From Eubacteriales bacterium (GTDB taxonomy: Bacteria > Bacillota > Clostridia > Oscillospirales > SIG627): a DNA stretch of 64,000 nucleotides. Location of the stretch: assembly GCA_045631145.1 (NCBI GenBank), contig JAZQUE010000074.1, forward strand, positions 3,065 through 67,064. The letters are read 5' to 3'. Under the pieces are notes generated by a model. That model made no database searches. It was given only the letters and a program-made list of their open reading frames with translations, and had not been told where the DNA came from. The stretch's first letter is position 1; each line of letters starts with the position of its first letter. A program made the position numbers and the translations under genes. This document shows positions 43,807 to 53,472 of this stretch, piece after piece.

Positions 43807-45381
43807 TTAGCGTCTTACAATTCTTGCCAAACGGTTTATGTCAATTGCCTTGCGGCTGTTTATCGGATAGAACGTGTTGGCGAGTGCGTCGAACTTGTCA
43901 GGCGAACGTCCGAGGCGTTCCTTGATGTCTTCCTTTGGCTCGATGATTATCTTTCCGTCAGAGCGGAACGACCAACGTATCTCGGTTGCTTCCTCGTCGA
44001 ACTTATCGTCAGGCGGCAACATAGCCCCTGTTTCGTTTTTCGGGTTCAGCCAATCACGGATAGCCCAAAAGAGCCAAGCTCGCATATTCACGAACCCGTA
44101 CTGCCCTGTAATATCCGTCATATCCTTGCCGCTCGCCGTCTTTGCCGCTTCACTGTATTTGCAGCTGATGATATGGGCTTCTCCGTCAAGCTCCACACAA
44201 CGGCTGTAAACTCCTGCACCCTCGCCAATGGTATCAATGCTCACGAACAGGTCAGGCTCGTGTCGGCGGGCTGATATAATCTGTCCCGCAACCGCCATGT
44301 GGTCAGCAGAACCGCCCGAGTTGTGCGTCTTGAACTCGCCAACCCAATTGCCTTTCCTTTCAACGAAACAGGTACAGTCACGTCCCATACCCGCCACATC
44401 GACACCAAGAATTCGAGCGTCCTGTCCGAGAGGTTCCCGCCCGTGTGCCATTCTCCAACGCTCGTGTGCGAGGTCGAGCCACTGTTGCGGAATAAGAACA
44501 TCGTCGCCGACTTTCGGAAACTTACCGAGAACCTTTTTGCGGAACAGGTCTTCGGGTCTGTACCAACGCCCCTCAAACTGAAAGTCGTCGAACTCCTCTC
44601 TGACCTCCGCTTCGGTTATCGGCGTACACCATTGTTCGAGCTTGTCAGCCACCCACTCATAGTCCACCTGACCTGGGATTATGATACGTTTTTCAAGCAC
44701 ATTCGGGGCTGTCAGGCTATTTAGACGGAACTTTGCCCAACGGTCGCCCTTTTGGCTCTTGGCTGCATATCCGACAGGGGTGTTCGGGTTGAACACGAGA
44801 AGAATACGGCTGTCGCCTTGCAGGTTACCCTCAATAGCGGCAAAGGTGTCGTCGCTGACACCCGAAGCCTCGGTAACGACAAACATTGTGTGGACGGCGT
44901 GGAAACCTGACCACGCTTCGTGGTTATGCTCGTCCGCCTTGAAACCTGTCAAGAACCACTCCTCGTTGTCCGTTCTGATGTCGTAGGTGTTGAGCCGTCC
45001 TGTAAGTTGTATGCCACGAGCCTTTGCCCTGTTATACAGGCGGCTGATTTCGGGCATCATAATGTTCTTTACCTGACGGTCTGTCGGGGCTGTTAGGGCT
45101 ACTTTCGTGTTCTCTATCAGTTCCCTGTTCCTGTTCCAACGGGGTGTGAGGTAGAGGAATGAAACGGCAGCACAAGCGGCTACGAAGTCCTTACCTCGGG
45201 CTGTGCCTGACGCAACAGATGTACGGGGATTGAACTGTACGGAGGACAGGATTTCCTGCTGCTCACGGTCGAGCGTAACGCCGAGAGCGTCACGGACGAA
45301 CCTGTTCCAATCAGCCCGCCAAGAGTTCATCAGGGCTATTCCCCGCTTACGCATTATTTCATCACTCAACCTGTTAGCCAT
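43807..45381 (-). CDS. terminase large subunit
   Basis: Walker A-like SGTARGKD, Walker B-like MFVVTEASGV, and a C-terminal nuclease-sized domain. Overlaps the small subunit gene by 8 nt. Confidence 0.75.
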   Translation of the reverse strand: MANRLSDEIMRKRGIALMNSWRADWNRFVRDALGVTLDREQQEILSSVQFNPRTSVASGTARGKDFVAACAAVSFLYLTPRWNRNRELIENTKVALTAPTDRQVKNIMMPEISRLYNRAKARGIQLTGRLNTYDIRTDNEEWFLTGFKADEHNHEAWSGFHAVHTMFVVTEASGVSDDTFAAIEGNLQGDSRILLVFNPNTPVGYAAKSQKGDRWAKFRLNSLTAPNVLEKRIIIPGQVDYEWVADKLEQWCTPITEAEVREEFDDFQFEGRWYRPEDLFRKKVLGKFPKVGDDVLIPQQWLDLAHERWRMAHGREPLGQDARILGVDVAGMGRDCTCFVERKGNWVGEFKTHNSGGSADHMAVAGQIISARRHEPDLFVSIDTIGEGAGVYSRCVELDGEAHIISCKYSEAAKTASGKDMTDITGQYGFVNMRAWLFWAIRDWLNPKNETGAMLPPDDKFDEEATEIRWSFRSDGKIIIEPKEDIKERLGRSPDKFDALANTFYPINSRKAIDINRLARIVRR

Positions 45382-45949
45382 TTATCTGTTCCTCCGCTTC
45401 GTCTATCATTCCACTTTCAACGAGCAACGCCGCAAAGGACAGGTCGCCCGAAATGTCTTTCTTTTCAGGAGCGTACAAGCCGAGGAGCTTGCGGCGTTCC
45501 ATAAGCTGCTGTCGGATTTCGGCGATGTACTGCGGGTTGCCAAGTCCGACAACCGTTGCCGTGCGTCTTTCAACGCTGTACGTCTTGATATTTTCCTCGC
45601 CTGTTTCCTTGTTTCGAGAGGGTGCGCCCTTGCTCGTGTTCGTGGTCTTGTTGTAGTCCTCTTTTGATTTCTCCCACTGTGCCCACAACTCACGACAGGT
45701 GTCGTCGATACGTTCAAGCTCCAATTGGAGGGCGGCGTCCATATCCTCGATACGGTTCTCTCGCCACTCCTCCAACAGGGTTTTGATGTCTTTCTGAACT
45801 GTGCCCAACGAATAGCTGTCAAGAGCGAGGCGTTTCATTACCTCCTCCCTGATCTGTCGGCAGGAGTAACCACGCTTGTAGAGTTTTGACACGATTTCCA
45901 TTCGTGCCTGTTTCTCCTGATTACGCTTCTTTTGTTGTGCTTTGCTCAT
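45374..45949 (-). CDS. terminase small subunit
   Basis: Basic N-terminus followed by an HTH (YSCRQIREEVMKRL). Lies directly upstream of the large subunit. Confidence 0.6.
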   Translation of the reverse strand: MSKAQQKKRNQEKQARMEIVSKLYKRGYSCRQIREEVMKRLALDSYSLGTVQKDIKTLLEEWRENRIEDMDAALQLELERIDDTCRELWAQWEKSKEDYNKTTNTSKGAPSRNKETGEENIKTYSVERRTATVVGLGNPQYIAEIRQQLMERRKLLGLYAPEKKDISGDLSFAALLVESGMIDEAEEQING

Positions 45950-45951
45950 AG

Positions 45952-46230
45952 TTACAGGTCTTTTGTCAATTCAATGAATTTCGTAAAGAAATCAGGGTTG
46001 CAGCTTGACAGCTCAATGTAGGTTTTGCCGAACTCGGGGAACGTGTGTACGGCGAAATGGCTCTCTGTGAGCAGCCACAACGCTGTATATCCCTGCGGCG
46101 TAAAATGGTGGTCTGTGAAGCACAGGATATTGAACCCCGACTTTTTCAGGGCTTCATCAAATATCTCCCGTATCTTCTGTGGATTCGTTTCCTGTATCCA
46201 CTTTGAATCGTTCCAAATCTTCGCTTGCAT
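45952..46230 (-). CDS. S-adenosylmethionine decarboxylase-like (SpeH/SpeD class 1, pyruvoyl type) small protein
   Basis: DHHFTPQGYTALWLLTESHFAVHTFPEFGKTYIELSSC aligns with the AdoMetDC core ..F.P.GvsgvvllaESHltiHTWPE.g.aaiDlftC, including the Glu-Ser self-cleavage site. Confidence 0.7.
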   Translation of the reverse strand: MQAKIWNDSKWIQETNPQKIREIFDEALKKSGFNILCFTDHHFTPQGYTALWLLTESHFAVHTFPEFGKTYIELSSCNPDFFTKFIELTKDL

Positions 46231-47710
46231 ATTCTATCTTCTTGAAGTTGTTCTTGATTTCCTTTGTCTTGCCCTTGTAGAACACGAGGATATTTTGGTG
46301 CATCTTTGCAACCTTTCGGCTCTCCATATATCGACCTGCTCGCAGGGCTGTACTTGCCCCCGTTTCAACGAGGATAATTTCATTGTAGAGAGGCATTCCC
46401 GCTTCCTTGAAAATGCGTTTGATATCGCCGCAGAAGTCGTAATAGAAGCCTGTTGATTTATCTCTTACATCGCCTACGACGATAACCGCAAAACGGTTTT
46501 CTTTCAGACAGCCGACAGCCGCCTTGAAAGCGTTCTCCAATATCTTGATGAAATCCTCGTAGCTATCCTGATTGCTTGCGTCGTTCTCGAGGTCGCTGTA
46601 TTTCTCGAGGTCGAAATAAGGCGGGCAGCTGAACAGGAGGTCTTGGCTGTCAGGGGCGATATGTTGTGCGACGTTCTGACCGTCGTCGTTGATGTATCGG
46701 GCTGTCATTCCCTCCACACGTTCGTTATTGAGGCGAGCCTGTTCAGGACGAAGCTCAATGCCGACGAACTCATTTCCGAGGTGTGCAGAAACGTAACCGA
46801 AGACGCTATCTCCTGCGAAGCAGTCAAACGTCTTGCAGTTGTCCTGTCCGAACCAACGGCAGACGATTTCAGCCATAACAGGGTCGAGCAGGGAAACGCC
46901 CGCCGACAGAACCTTGCTTGCTTCACGTTCTTTCACGTCGTCGGGAACATACTTGTCGAGGTATTCCTTGAACGTGATACCCAATTCCTCACGGTGCTGT
47001 CGTGTACGCTGATACAGGTCTTTGTACTTGATTTCGGGCGAGGTTATGAGGGTGTCGTTACGGCTCTCTCCATTGTCGCCGATAAGCTCACGCCATTTCT
47101 TTTTCCGTTCCTGCCAATATCCCTTTCGGGTGTCGAGGATTGAGAAAGGAGGGACTATAAATCGGTCGTTCAGGGAAGCGTTGGCGGGCTTACTGTTGGT
47201 TGCTCCGCTTGACTCTCCGTTCTCCCATTCCTTGTTTTGCCACACGTCAAGTCCCCAATCGTCGAGTTCTTCTGCGTCCCACTCGTTGGCGAGTGCGTCC
47301 ATATCCCATTCTCCATATCCGACGTTATCCTTGATGATGAACTCCCGCTGTTCCTCCTCGGACAGTTCCGTCGCCTTGATGATATGAGCTGTCGGCTTGT
47401 CTTTCCAACGCTGCCAATACTCAATGAGGTTGTCCTGTTCGGCTGCTGTCTTCTTCTGAAAATCCCTTGCTTCTGACAGGCGGGATTTCAGCTCTGCCTC
47501 GTCCATATCGGAAATGGCTGTCAATGCCCTGTAACGCATATTGCCGCCGAGAGCTACAAAGGTGTTATCAACGACAATAGGGCGGAGTTCCAACATCTTC
47601 GGAAGCACGAGGATTGAACAGATAAGCTTCTCAAACTTGTCGTCCTTGATGATACGGGGGTTCGCCCCGTTTACCTGTATCTGCGACAGGTTTACGATTT
47701 CTGTTTTCAT
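46157..47710 (-). CDS. ParB-like nuclease domain fused to an N6-adenine/N4-cytosine DNA methyltransferase
   Basis: N-terminus ..IQVNGANPRIIKDDKFEKL..LGGNMRYRAL is a ParB N-terminal domain. C-terminus has FDCFAGDSVFG (SAM binding) and LLFSCPPYFD ((D/S)PPY-type catalytic motif). Confidence 0.8.
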   Translation of the reverse strand: MKTEIVNLSQIQVNGANPRIIKDDKFEKLICSILVLPKMLELRPIVVDNTFVALGGNMRYRALTAISDMDEAELKSRLSEARDFQKKTAAEQDNLIEYWQRWKDKPTAHIIKATELSEEEQREFIIKDNVGYGEWDMDALANEWDAEELDDWGLDVWQNKEWENGESSGATNSKPANASLNDRFIVPPFSILDTRKGYWQERKKKWRELIGDNGESRNDTLITSPEIKYKDLYQRTRQHREELGITFKEYLDKYVPDDVKEREASKVLSAGVSLLDPVMAEIVCRWFGQDNCKTFDCFAGDSVFGYVSAHLGNEFVGIELRPEQARLNNERVEGMTARYINDDGQNVAQHIAPDSQDLLFSCPPYFDLEKYSDLENDASNQDSYEDFIKILENAFKAAVGCLKENRFAVIVVGDVRDKSTGFYYDFCGDIKRIFKEAGMPLYNEIILVETGASTALRAGRYMESRKVAKMHQNILVFYKGKTKEIKNNFKKIEYASEDLERFKVDTGNESTEDTGDI

Positions 47711-48735
47711 TGTTCCCAAACTTTATCCTGTTGATACTCTCCGAACAGTCCCCAACGACACATTGAAGCATAAATCGGGGTGTCGAGCTTAAATTTGCGG
47801 CGAAGTTCTGCAGGGCTGAACATTGTCGTTCCCTCCTCGATGACGTTGCCCGCACAGTCCTGTATGCATATATCGACCTCCTGTTTGCCTATGCAGCAAG
47901 CGAGGCTGACATACACGTCGCATTCGTGTTCTTCGGCATAACTCTTGGCAAGGGAACGGGCTGCAAGGTTCAGCGTGAGGTCTGCTTTGCTTGCGTCTTT
48001 CGTCCAAGGGCTACCGCCGCCGAGCTTGCAGTTTCCGCCGTAGAAGTCCACAGCGAGTTTTCGCCCTGTTGTACCACAATCCGCACGGCTGCTGTGCTGA
48101 ACGTAACGTCCTGTGCCGTTCACGATAAGTTCGTATTTTCCTGCCACCTTTGAACGGACAAAATCCTCGACGGTCTTTGTGTCCTGTTCGGGTAACAGGG
48201 GGATAGCAACGATAATTTTTGTAATAACATCGTTATCGGTTACTACCTGCGTCTTAATGTCAAGTCCACCGATACCGCTGTCGAAAAGCTCCTTACACAG
48301 ACGTTTGGCTACGGCGTGGTCGATAGGCATATAACAGTCCGACGGTCGCCATTCAGCCATACCGAAGAAAATGCCTTGGTCGCCCCAACCCGAAAGCCCC
48401 TGTGCGATGTCGGGGGACTGTTGGCTGATAAGCGACGTTACCTCCAACAGGTCTCCGCAAATGGTATTCTCTGCTCCCCATTTGTGCAGATAGTCCATTG
48501 TGTAGCCGATTTCGTTTACTGCCGCACGGACGTGCTGTCTTATCTCCGACGGGCTGAACTTACACTTGGACGATACCTCGCCGCCGAGCGTAACTTGGTA
48601 GTCCTTGATTTGTACCTCGACAGCGTAACGGGTGTCGGGGTCTTGCTCGATGTAGCGGTCTAACAGATACTGACTGATGTAGTCGGCAATCTTGTCAGGG
48701 TGTCCGAGCGATACGTACTCTGAAAATTTTATCAT
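47707..48735 (-). CDS. metK: S-adenosylmethionine synthetase (MetK homologue), divergent and short
   Basis: Contains GHPDKIADYIS, GDQGIFFG, GTTGRKLAVDFYGG and GGGSPWTKDASKAD, the hallmark MetK motifs. ATG at 48735. Confidence 0.8.
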   Translation of the reverse strand: MIKFSEYVSLGHPDKIADYISQYLLDRYIEQDPDTRYAVEVQIKDYQVTLGGEVSSKCKFSPSEIRQHVRAAVNEIGYTMDYLHKWGAENTICGDLLEVTSLISQQSPDIAQGLSGWGDQGIFFGMAEWRPSDCYMPIDHAVAKRLCKELFDSGIGGLDIKTQVVTDNDVITKIIVAIPLLPEQDTKTVEDFVRSKVAGKYELIVNGTGRYVQHSSRADCGTTGRKLAVDFYGGNCKLGGGSPWTKDASKADLTLNLAARSLAKSYAEEHECDVYVSLACCIGKQEVDICIQDCAGNVIEEGTTMFSPAELRRKFKLDTPIYASMCRWGLFGEYQQDKVWEQ

Positions 48736-48765
48736 TGCTATAATTGTTAGAAAATTACTGTGGCA

Positions 48766-48796
48766 CAAAATTATTCAAAATGATTATAATATAATC
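48766..48796 (-). promoter_or_regulatory. 15-bp palindrome GATTATA-A-TATAATC plus TAATTTTG (-7 box, minus strand)
   Basis: Palindrome at 48782-48796. 8 nt further on the minus strand is TAATTTTG (48766-48773). The MetK ATG is at 48735. Confidence 0.5.
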
Positions 48797-48820
48797 ACAT
48801 TTGAGGCAAAAAAAGGGGTT

Positions 48821-49195
48821 TTAGGGGGTAGAATCACCCGAAATTGCCGTTTTTATGAGATTTAGGGTTGCGGTCTTGTATAAATCATCAGGCGTGACAC
48901 GGAACACCCGCCAACCCATTAGCGTTGCGGTATTGTACTTCTCGATGTCGCCGAGGAAACCCTGTGGGGAGGTGTGTCGTCCTCCCGTCCATACGCCGCC
49001 CTCTACCTCGAGGGCTATTTTGTGTTCGAGGATAGCATAGTCAAAACGCCATTTCCTGACGGGGTGAAATTTATGCTCCTTGACAACGTCGATATGGAGG
49101 TCTGTTTTGCAGATGATTGTGAAAACGTCCCTTATTTTTTGCTGATTCGCCGTCTGTCGGCTTTTCTTCTTCGATTGGTATGTTTGCTTATCCAT
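48821..49195 (-). CDS. PD-(D/E)XK endonuclease (Vsr/DUF559-like)
   Basis: WRFDYAILEHKIALEVEGGVWTGGRH...GWRVFRVT fits the D..E-x-E-G.. pattern of DUF559-type nucleases. ATG at 49195. Confidence 0.5.
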   Translation of the reverse strand: MDKQTYQSKKKSRQTANQQKIRDVFTIICKTDLHIDVVKEHKFHPVRKWRFDYAILEHKIALEVEGGVWTGGRHTSPQGFLGDIEKYNTATLMGWRVFRVTPDDLYKTATLNLIKTAISGDSTP

Positions 49196-49286
49196 AGAAA
49201 GATGTTTTGAAATACGGGCTGATTTGGGCTTTGGACGACAAAACGGGGATTGCTCCCCGCCTTGCCTGTGTGAACCCGTGTCAGGT

Positions 49287-49658
49287 TTAGAACGGCAGAT
49301 CGTCGTCGTCAGCAAATGCCGTGTTGTCGAGTGTACCCGTTACGTTCATAGTCGCTTGCTTCTTCTCAATGGCGTGCATACCGCCGAGGATAGGAATAGC
49401 CTTGATTTGTTCCTCTGTCATTGCGTCCCGCTGTTCCTTTGGCAAATCCGCCTTGATACAGTGAGTGTCGCTGTACTTCGGTTCTTGCATTTCAATGGCT
49501 GTCAGGTTCAGGTAGCAGCCCTTTTCGCCGAGGAACATTCCGTCGCAATCATCGACAGGGATAATCAAGCAGCGTTTTACACTTGTCTTGCCTTGCAAGT
49601 TCTTCATAAATGCCCCCTTGAGTTTGAGGCAGTCGATTTTGATACCAAAATTGCTCAT
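49287..49658 (-). CDS. single-stranded DNA-binding-type protein (SSB-like acidic tip)
   Basis: The C-terminus ...AFADDDDLPF mimics the bacterial SSB tail DDDIPF. The gene lies in the replication module. Confidence 0.5.
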   Translation of the reverse strand: MSNFGIKIDCLKLKGAFMKNLQGKTSVKRCLIIPVDDCDGMFLGEKGCYLNLTAIEMQEPKYSDTHCIKADLPKEQRDAMTEEQIKAIPILGGMHAIEKKQATMNVTGTLDNTAFADDDDLPF

Positions 49659-49679
49659 AGTGTCTAAAAATTAAATGGT

Positions 49680-50537
49680 TTATACTAAATTGAACTCAAT
49701 CTTCGAGAGATTCTTCTGAAACTTAATCATCGCCGTTTCAATAACAGGCGTTATCTTGATTTCATTATTGCCGAGGTAAGCGTCCATACAGGTGTAAAGC
49801 TCGTCGATACAGGGCAGATGTCCCTCACGAGCTTCCCCAAGCTTCTGTGCTATCATAGCTGTCATACGGTTTTCGTGCTTGCGTACCTCACGGCAGAACA
49901 TCATCGAGAGGAAAGCGTATGTTCGCATTTCGTCGTACTCGATTTTCAGGTGTTGGCGGTTGATTTCATTGCAGGTCGAATAATAAAGGATTTGGAAGTC
50001 AAACGCACACACGTTGATGAGCTCATCTGCCTGTGAGAGTATCTTATTCAGGTGCTCCCTGTCAAGGTCTTTGCTCAACTGTACGAGATAGTGTTCCCTT
50101 AGTTGCTTTACCGTGCGTGAGAGCTTCTTCACCTCGGAGATACGCTTATCGGCACAATATCTTACCACCTTATCGGCATAAACCCACGCCACCTGTGCAA
50201 TGATGAGCGGAACGAATGCTATCTGTACGTGCTCCTCGAAAGTGAAGCTCTCCATAAGTGCTTTGGTGTCGGCGTTGCACTGTTCCTTGAACTGCTTTTC
50301 CTGTACCTCGGCGGGAGTGCGTACCTCCCAAGTGAAACGCTCTGCGTTGCAGCGGACAGTCTTGTGCTTCTTCCTGTCCTTGTCAATAACGAGAACCGTC
50401 GCCCCGCTTTTGAGCTGCTCAACCCTGTTCACGTGGTATATTCCGCCCACCTTAATTTCGGGCTGTACCTTGTCGCTTACCTTGCGGGCTGTTATCTCTA
50501 TGAAGTCGCCCGCCTTTGCTGCTGTTTTCTTTGCCAT
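49680..50537 (-). CDS. hypothetical protein (285 aa)
   Basis: ORF in the replication region; no motif. Confidence 0.45.
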   Translation of the reverse strand: MAKKTAAKAGDFIEITARKVSDKVQPEIKVGGIYHVNRVEQLKSGATVLVIDKDRKKHKTVRCNAERFTWEVRTPAEVQEKQFKEQCNADTKALMESFTFEEHVQIAFVPLIIAQVAWVYADKVVRYCADKRISEVKKLSRTVKQLREHYLVQLSKDLDREHLNKILSQADELINVCAFDFQILYYSTCNEINRQHLKIEYDEMRTYAFLSMMFCREVRKHENRMTAMIAQKLGEAREGHLPCIDELYTCMDAYLGNNEIKITPVIETAMIKFQKNLSKIEFNLV

Positions 50538-50593
50538 AATCTGTTATTTTTGAGGTCATTTTATACTTGTTTATTTTATTTGCGTTCAGCCCG

Positions 50594-51133
50594 TCAATAC
50601 CCTTTCCCGTGCTTTTTCGGGCGTGTCCTGTTGTAAGCCATTTTCAGCTCGATATGGGTACGGAGGTCAATCTCTTTCTGTGCTGCAAGAGTGCATATCA
50701 TTGAAAGTGAATAGTTTAGCCTGACATACAGGTCGTCAGCCGTTCCTCCTCCTGCTATAAATCTGCAAATGGTAAGGATATTTTCCGTGAACAATTTCGT
50801 GGGTTCTATCTCGACCGTCTGCTGTCCGCCGAAGTCCAAATCAATGTTCCGAAGCCCTGCGAGGTCGCAAATACGTATGCAAGCGTCTGCAAGTTCATCC
50901 TCGACTGTATCTTTGACATACAGGAGGAAATTCTTTTCAAAGAGCCGTCCATAAGCCTTTAGAAACTTTACTGCCCCTTGGTCTGCCCGAAGACCTTTTC
51001 TGTCAGCTTCGACCGCTTCCATAAGCTCTGATATAATCAAGCACTTCAAATGGTCATCGCTTTGCTCCTGTTCGTGGAAGCCGTGTTCTTTGGCTATCCT
51101 GTACGCTTCCTCTTTGTACATATTGAAATTCAT
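50594..51133 (-). CDS. MazG-like nucleotide pyrophosphohydrolase
   Basis: ..IISELMEAVEADRKG... and ..EDELADACIRICDLAG.. fit the MazG EExxE/D helix pattern. The ATG overlaps the upstream stop (ATGA). Confidence 0.55.
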   Translation of the reverse strand: MNFNMYKEEAYRIAKEHGFHEQEQSDDHLKCLIISELMEAVEADRKGLRADQGAVKFLKAYGRLFEKNFLLYVKDTVEDELADACIRICDLAGLRNIDLDFGGQQTVEIEPTKLFTENILTICRFIAGGGTADDLYVRLNYSLSMICTLAAQKEIDLRTHIELKMAYNRTRPKKHGKGY

Positions 51134-51621
51134 ATTCTCCTCCTTTCGTAATAATGTCCGCAAACGAACATATCTTCTGTTACCTGTTGGGTGGGGTTGT
51201 TACCGCCCGCCATATAGCAAGCTCCTTTCTTGTAGAAATAGCAGGTTGAGCATTTTTCCGCCCTTTGCTTCTTGGCTGCTTCTATGCTTATAATCTTGTC
51301 ATAGAAGCTGTACGTCGGCTTCCCTCCCCAAAAACAGGGACGTAGTTCGCCTTTCTTTCCAATCGCATAACCTGTGAGCATACCCGCAACCTGATACTGT
51401 CGACCGAGCTTGTTTTTCGGCTTGGCTGCATACTCGGGCATCATTCTTGACCGTGTTTCCTCGGTTACCTCGAGTTTTACGATTACCTGTTGATACTTTC
51501 TGAACGGGAACGGTAGCCGCTCCTCTGTGTACTGCCATTCGGCTTTGTTCAATTCTGCGTAAGCCTCGGAAACTTTCTGTTCCTTTTCCTGTCGCAGCTT
51601 CTGTAATTCTTCAAATGTCAT
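51130..51621 (-). CDS. hypothetical protein (163 aa)
   Basis: ORF after the primase-helicase gene. Confidence 0.45.
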   Translation of the reverse strand: MTFEELQKLRQEKEQKVSEAYAELNKAEWQYTEERLPFPFRKYQQVIVKLEVTEETRSRMMPEYAAKPKNKLGRQYQVAGMLTGYAIGKKGELRPCFWGGKPTYSFYDKIISIEAAKKQRAEKCSTCYFYKKGACYMAGGNNPTQQVTEDMFVCGHYYERRRI

Positions 51622-51639
51622 ACGCTGTATATTTGGTTA

Positions 51640-53472
51640 TTAAAATGGGCAATCATCTTCGGGGAGGTCGTCGAAGTCAAACACGGATGCTGCTTCGGCT
51701 TCCTCATAACGTCTGCGGGCTTCTTCCTGTAAATGGTTGGTATTGTCCCAATCAGGTTCAGAACCGCCCGTATAAGGGCTGTAACGCCCGTTGTTCAGGT
51801 TGTATTTGAATTGTGCCATACCGCACTCTCCGAGGTGTCGGAACTTCACTTTCTGAATGTGAACCTCCGTGATGTTCTCAATGCGGTTTCGATGTACGAC
51901 GATACCGAAGTCCGCTTTGTTATAGAAGTTAGCTGAACCGCTGATGTCATACAGGGTCGGGGTTTCTATAATACCGTCTTTGTTCTTCGGCATTTTTGTC
52001 GGGTGTGCCATAAGGATAATCAGAATGTCATTCTGCTGTGCGAAATTCGTCAGACGGTCGAGCGTTTCGCTGATGTATAGCGTTTCATTACGTCCTCCGC
52101 TGTGTTGGTTCTCCAAACGGTTGTACGGGTCAATCACGAGGGCTTTTATACCCTTGCGTCTTACGAGGAATTTTGCTTTTTCGAGAATGGTTTCAAGCCT
52201 GAAATCATTGTGCGGGCTGATAAAGAAGAAGTCCTGTTCGAGGTGTTCCTTTACCTGTCTGTATTCCCCGTAGCCGAGGTGCTGCTTGTCGAACTTCTTT
52301 CCCGTGAACTTTTCTATCAGCTTCGAGGCGTGATAGGCGAGCGGGGCGTTCTCGGGGCTGAAAAAAGCGAACCTCCAACCGTAACGCATATTCAGGCGTT
52401 CAGCTATTTCGTCGATGAACTCCGACTTACCGCTGCCTGGAATACCTGTCACGATACAGAGGCGTTTGGTCTCGAAAGAACACAGGCGGTCGAAGTTGTC
52501 GTGCCCGATTGTTACGCCTTTCTGCATACCGAACTCAAACAGTGCGTCGAGCGACTGTTCAAAGTCCTGTATAGTGAAAACCCCCTCAATCTTCGTTTCG
52601 GGAGCGTCAGCGAGGCATTTCAACAGGCTTTCCCGTCCGAACTTTATCAGGTGTTCGTTAGCGTCCTTGCAGCCCTCGCCATACTCCAACACTCGGCAGC
52701 GTTCAACGCCGAAGCGACGGAGAAGCTCGTCCCGAAGTTCCACGCCCTTTGTATCGGTGTCCGAGGCAATGTAGATAACGTCCTTATCATCGAAATACTC
52801 CTCGATGTAGTCGTCGAGGTAGGAGAGGTTGGCGTTAGCCCCGTTCGGAACGCTGATCACGTCGGTTCGTCCGCACTCAACGAAAGAAAGAGCGTCCATT
52901 TCCCCCTCCGTTATGATACACTCGTTCTTGCCTTTGATACCGTCGATATTGTACGGCAGGAGTTCCGCCCCTGAACAGAGCTTGAAGCATTTGTCCCCTG
53001 TGCGGAACTTCGTGTTCACGAGCTGCCCGCCCTTGTAGTAGTTGAATTGAATCGTATTCGCCTGTCCGTTCTTCTGCGGCATAAACTCCATACCCTCTGT
53101 AACTCTCATCGCCGTGAGCGTAGCAGGGCTTATGCCTCGTCCCTTGAACCAAGCGAGAGCCTTTTCACTCAACGCCGAGCTGCCTGTCCGTGTGGGCTTC
53201 TTGTAGGTCGGCTTCTGATGTTTGAGCGGAGCGGGGTTGTAGAACGGCTTCTTCCATTCCTCCTGTTCACGCTCGGCAGCGCAACCGCTATACCCGCAGT
53301 AGTGGCAGTTGAACATTCCCGTAGAGAGGTCACAGGAAAGGCTCTTGTCACGCTTGTCGTGGCGTTGGTCTCTGCACTGCGGGCAGTGTACTTTCACGTT
53401 CCCTGATGTCCTGTTATACGGGATGTCAATGCCGTATTTCTTCCAATCCATTCGTGTCATAAGATTATCCAT
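51640..53472 (-). CDS. bifunctional primase / P-loop replicative helicase (T7 gp4-like layout)
   Basis: Zinc finger CPQC...CHYC, a Toprim-like ITEGEMDALS...SDTD, and Walker A GIPGSGKSEF. The start is ambiguous (ATGs at 53472, 53460, 53451; the track start is TTG). Confidence 0.75.
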   Translation of the reverse strand: MDNLMTRMDWKKYGIDIPYNRTSGNVKVHCPQCRDQRHDKRDKSLSCDLSTGMFNCHYCGYSGCAAEREQEEWKKPFYNPAPLKHQKPTYKKPTRTGSSALSEKALAWFKGRGISPATLTAMRVTEGMEFMPQKNGQANTIQFNYYKGGQLVNTKFRTGDKCFKLCSGAELLPYNIDGIKGKNECIITEGEMDALSFVECGRTDVISVPNGANANLSYLDDYIEEYFDDKDVIYIASDTDTKGVELRDELLRRFGVERCRVLEYGEGCKDANEHLIKFGRESLLKCLADAPETKIEGVFTIQDFEQSLDALFEFGMQKGVTIGHDNFDRLCSFETKRLCIVTGIPGSGKSEFIDEIAERLNMRYGWRFAFFSPENAPLAYHASKLIEKFTGKKFDKQHLGYGEYRQVKEHLEQDFFFISPHNDFRLETILEKAKFLVRRKGIKALVIDPYNRLENQHSGGRNETLYISETLDRLTNFAQQNDILIILMAHPTKMPKNKDGIIETPTLYDISGSANFYNKADFGIVVHRNRIENITEVHIQKVKFRHLGECGMAQFKYNLNNGRYSPYTGGSEPDWDNTNHLQEEARRRYEEAEAASVFDFDDLPEDDCPF

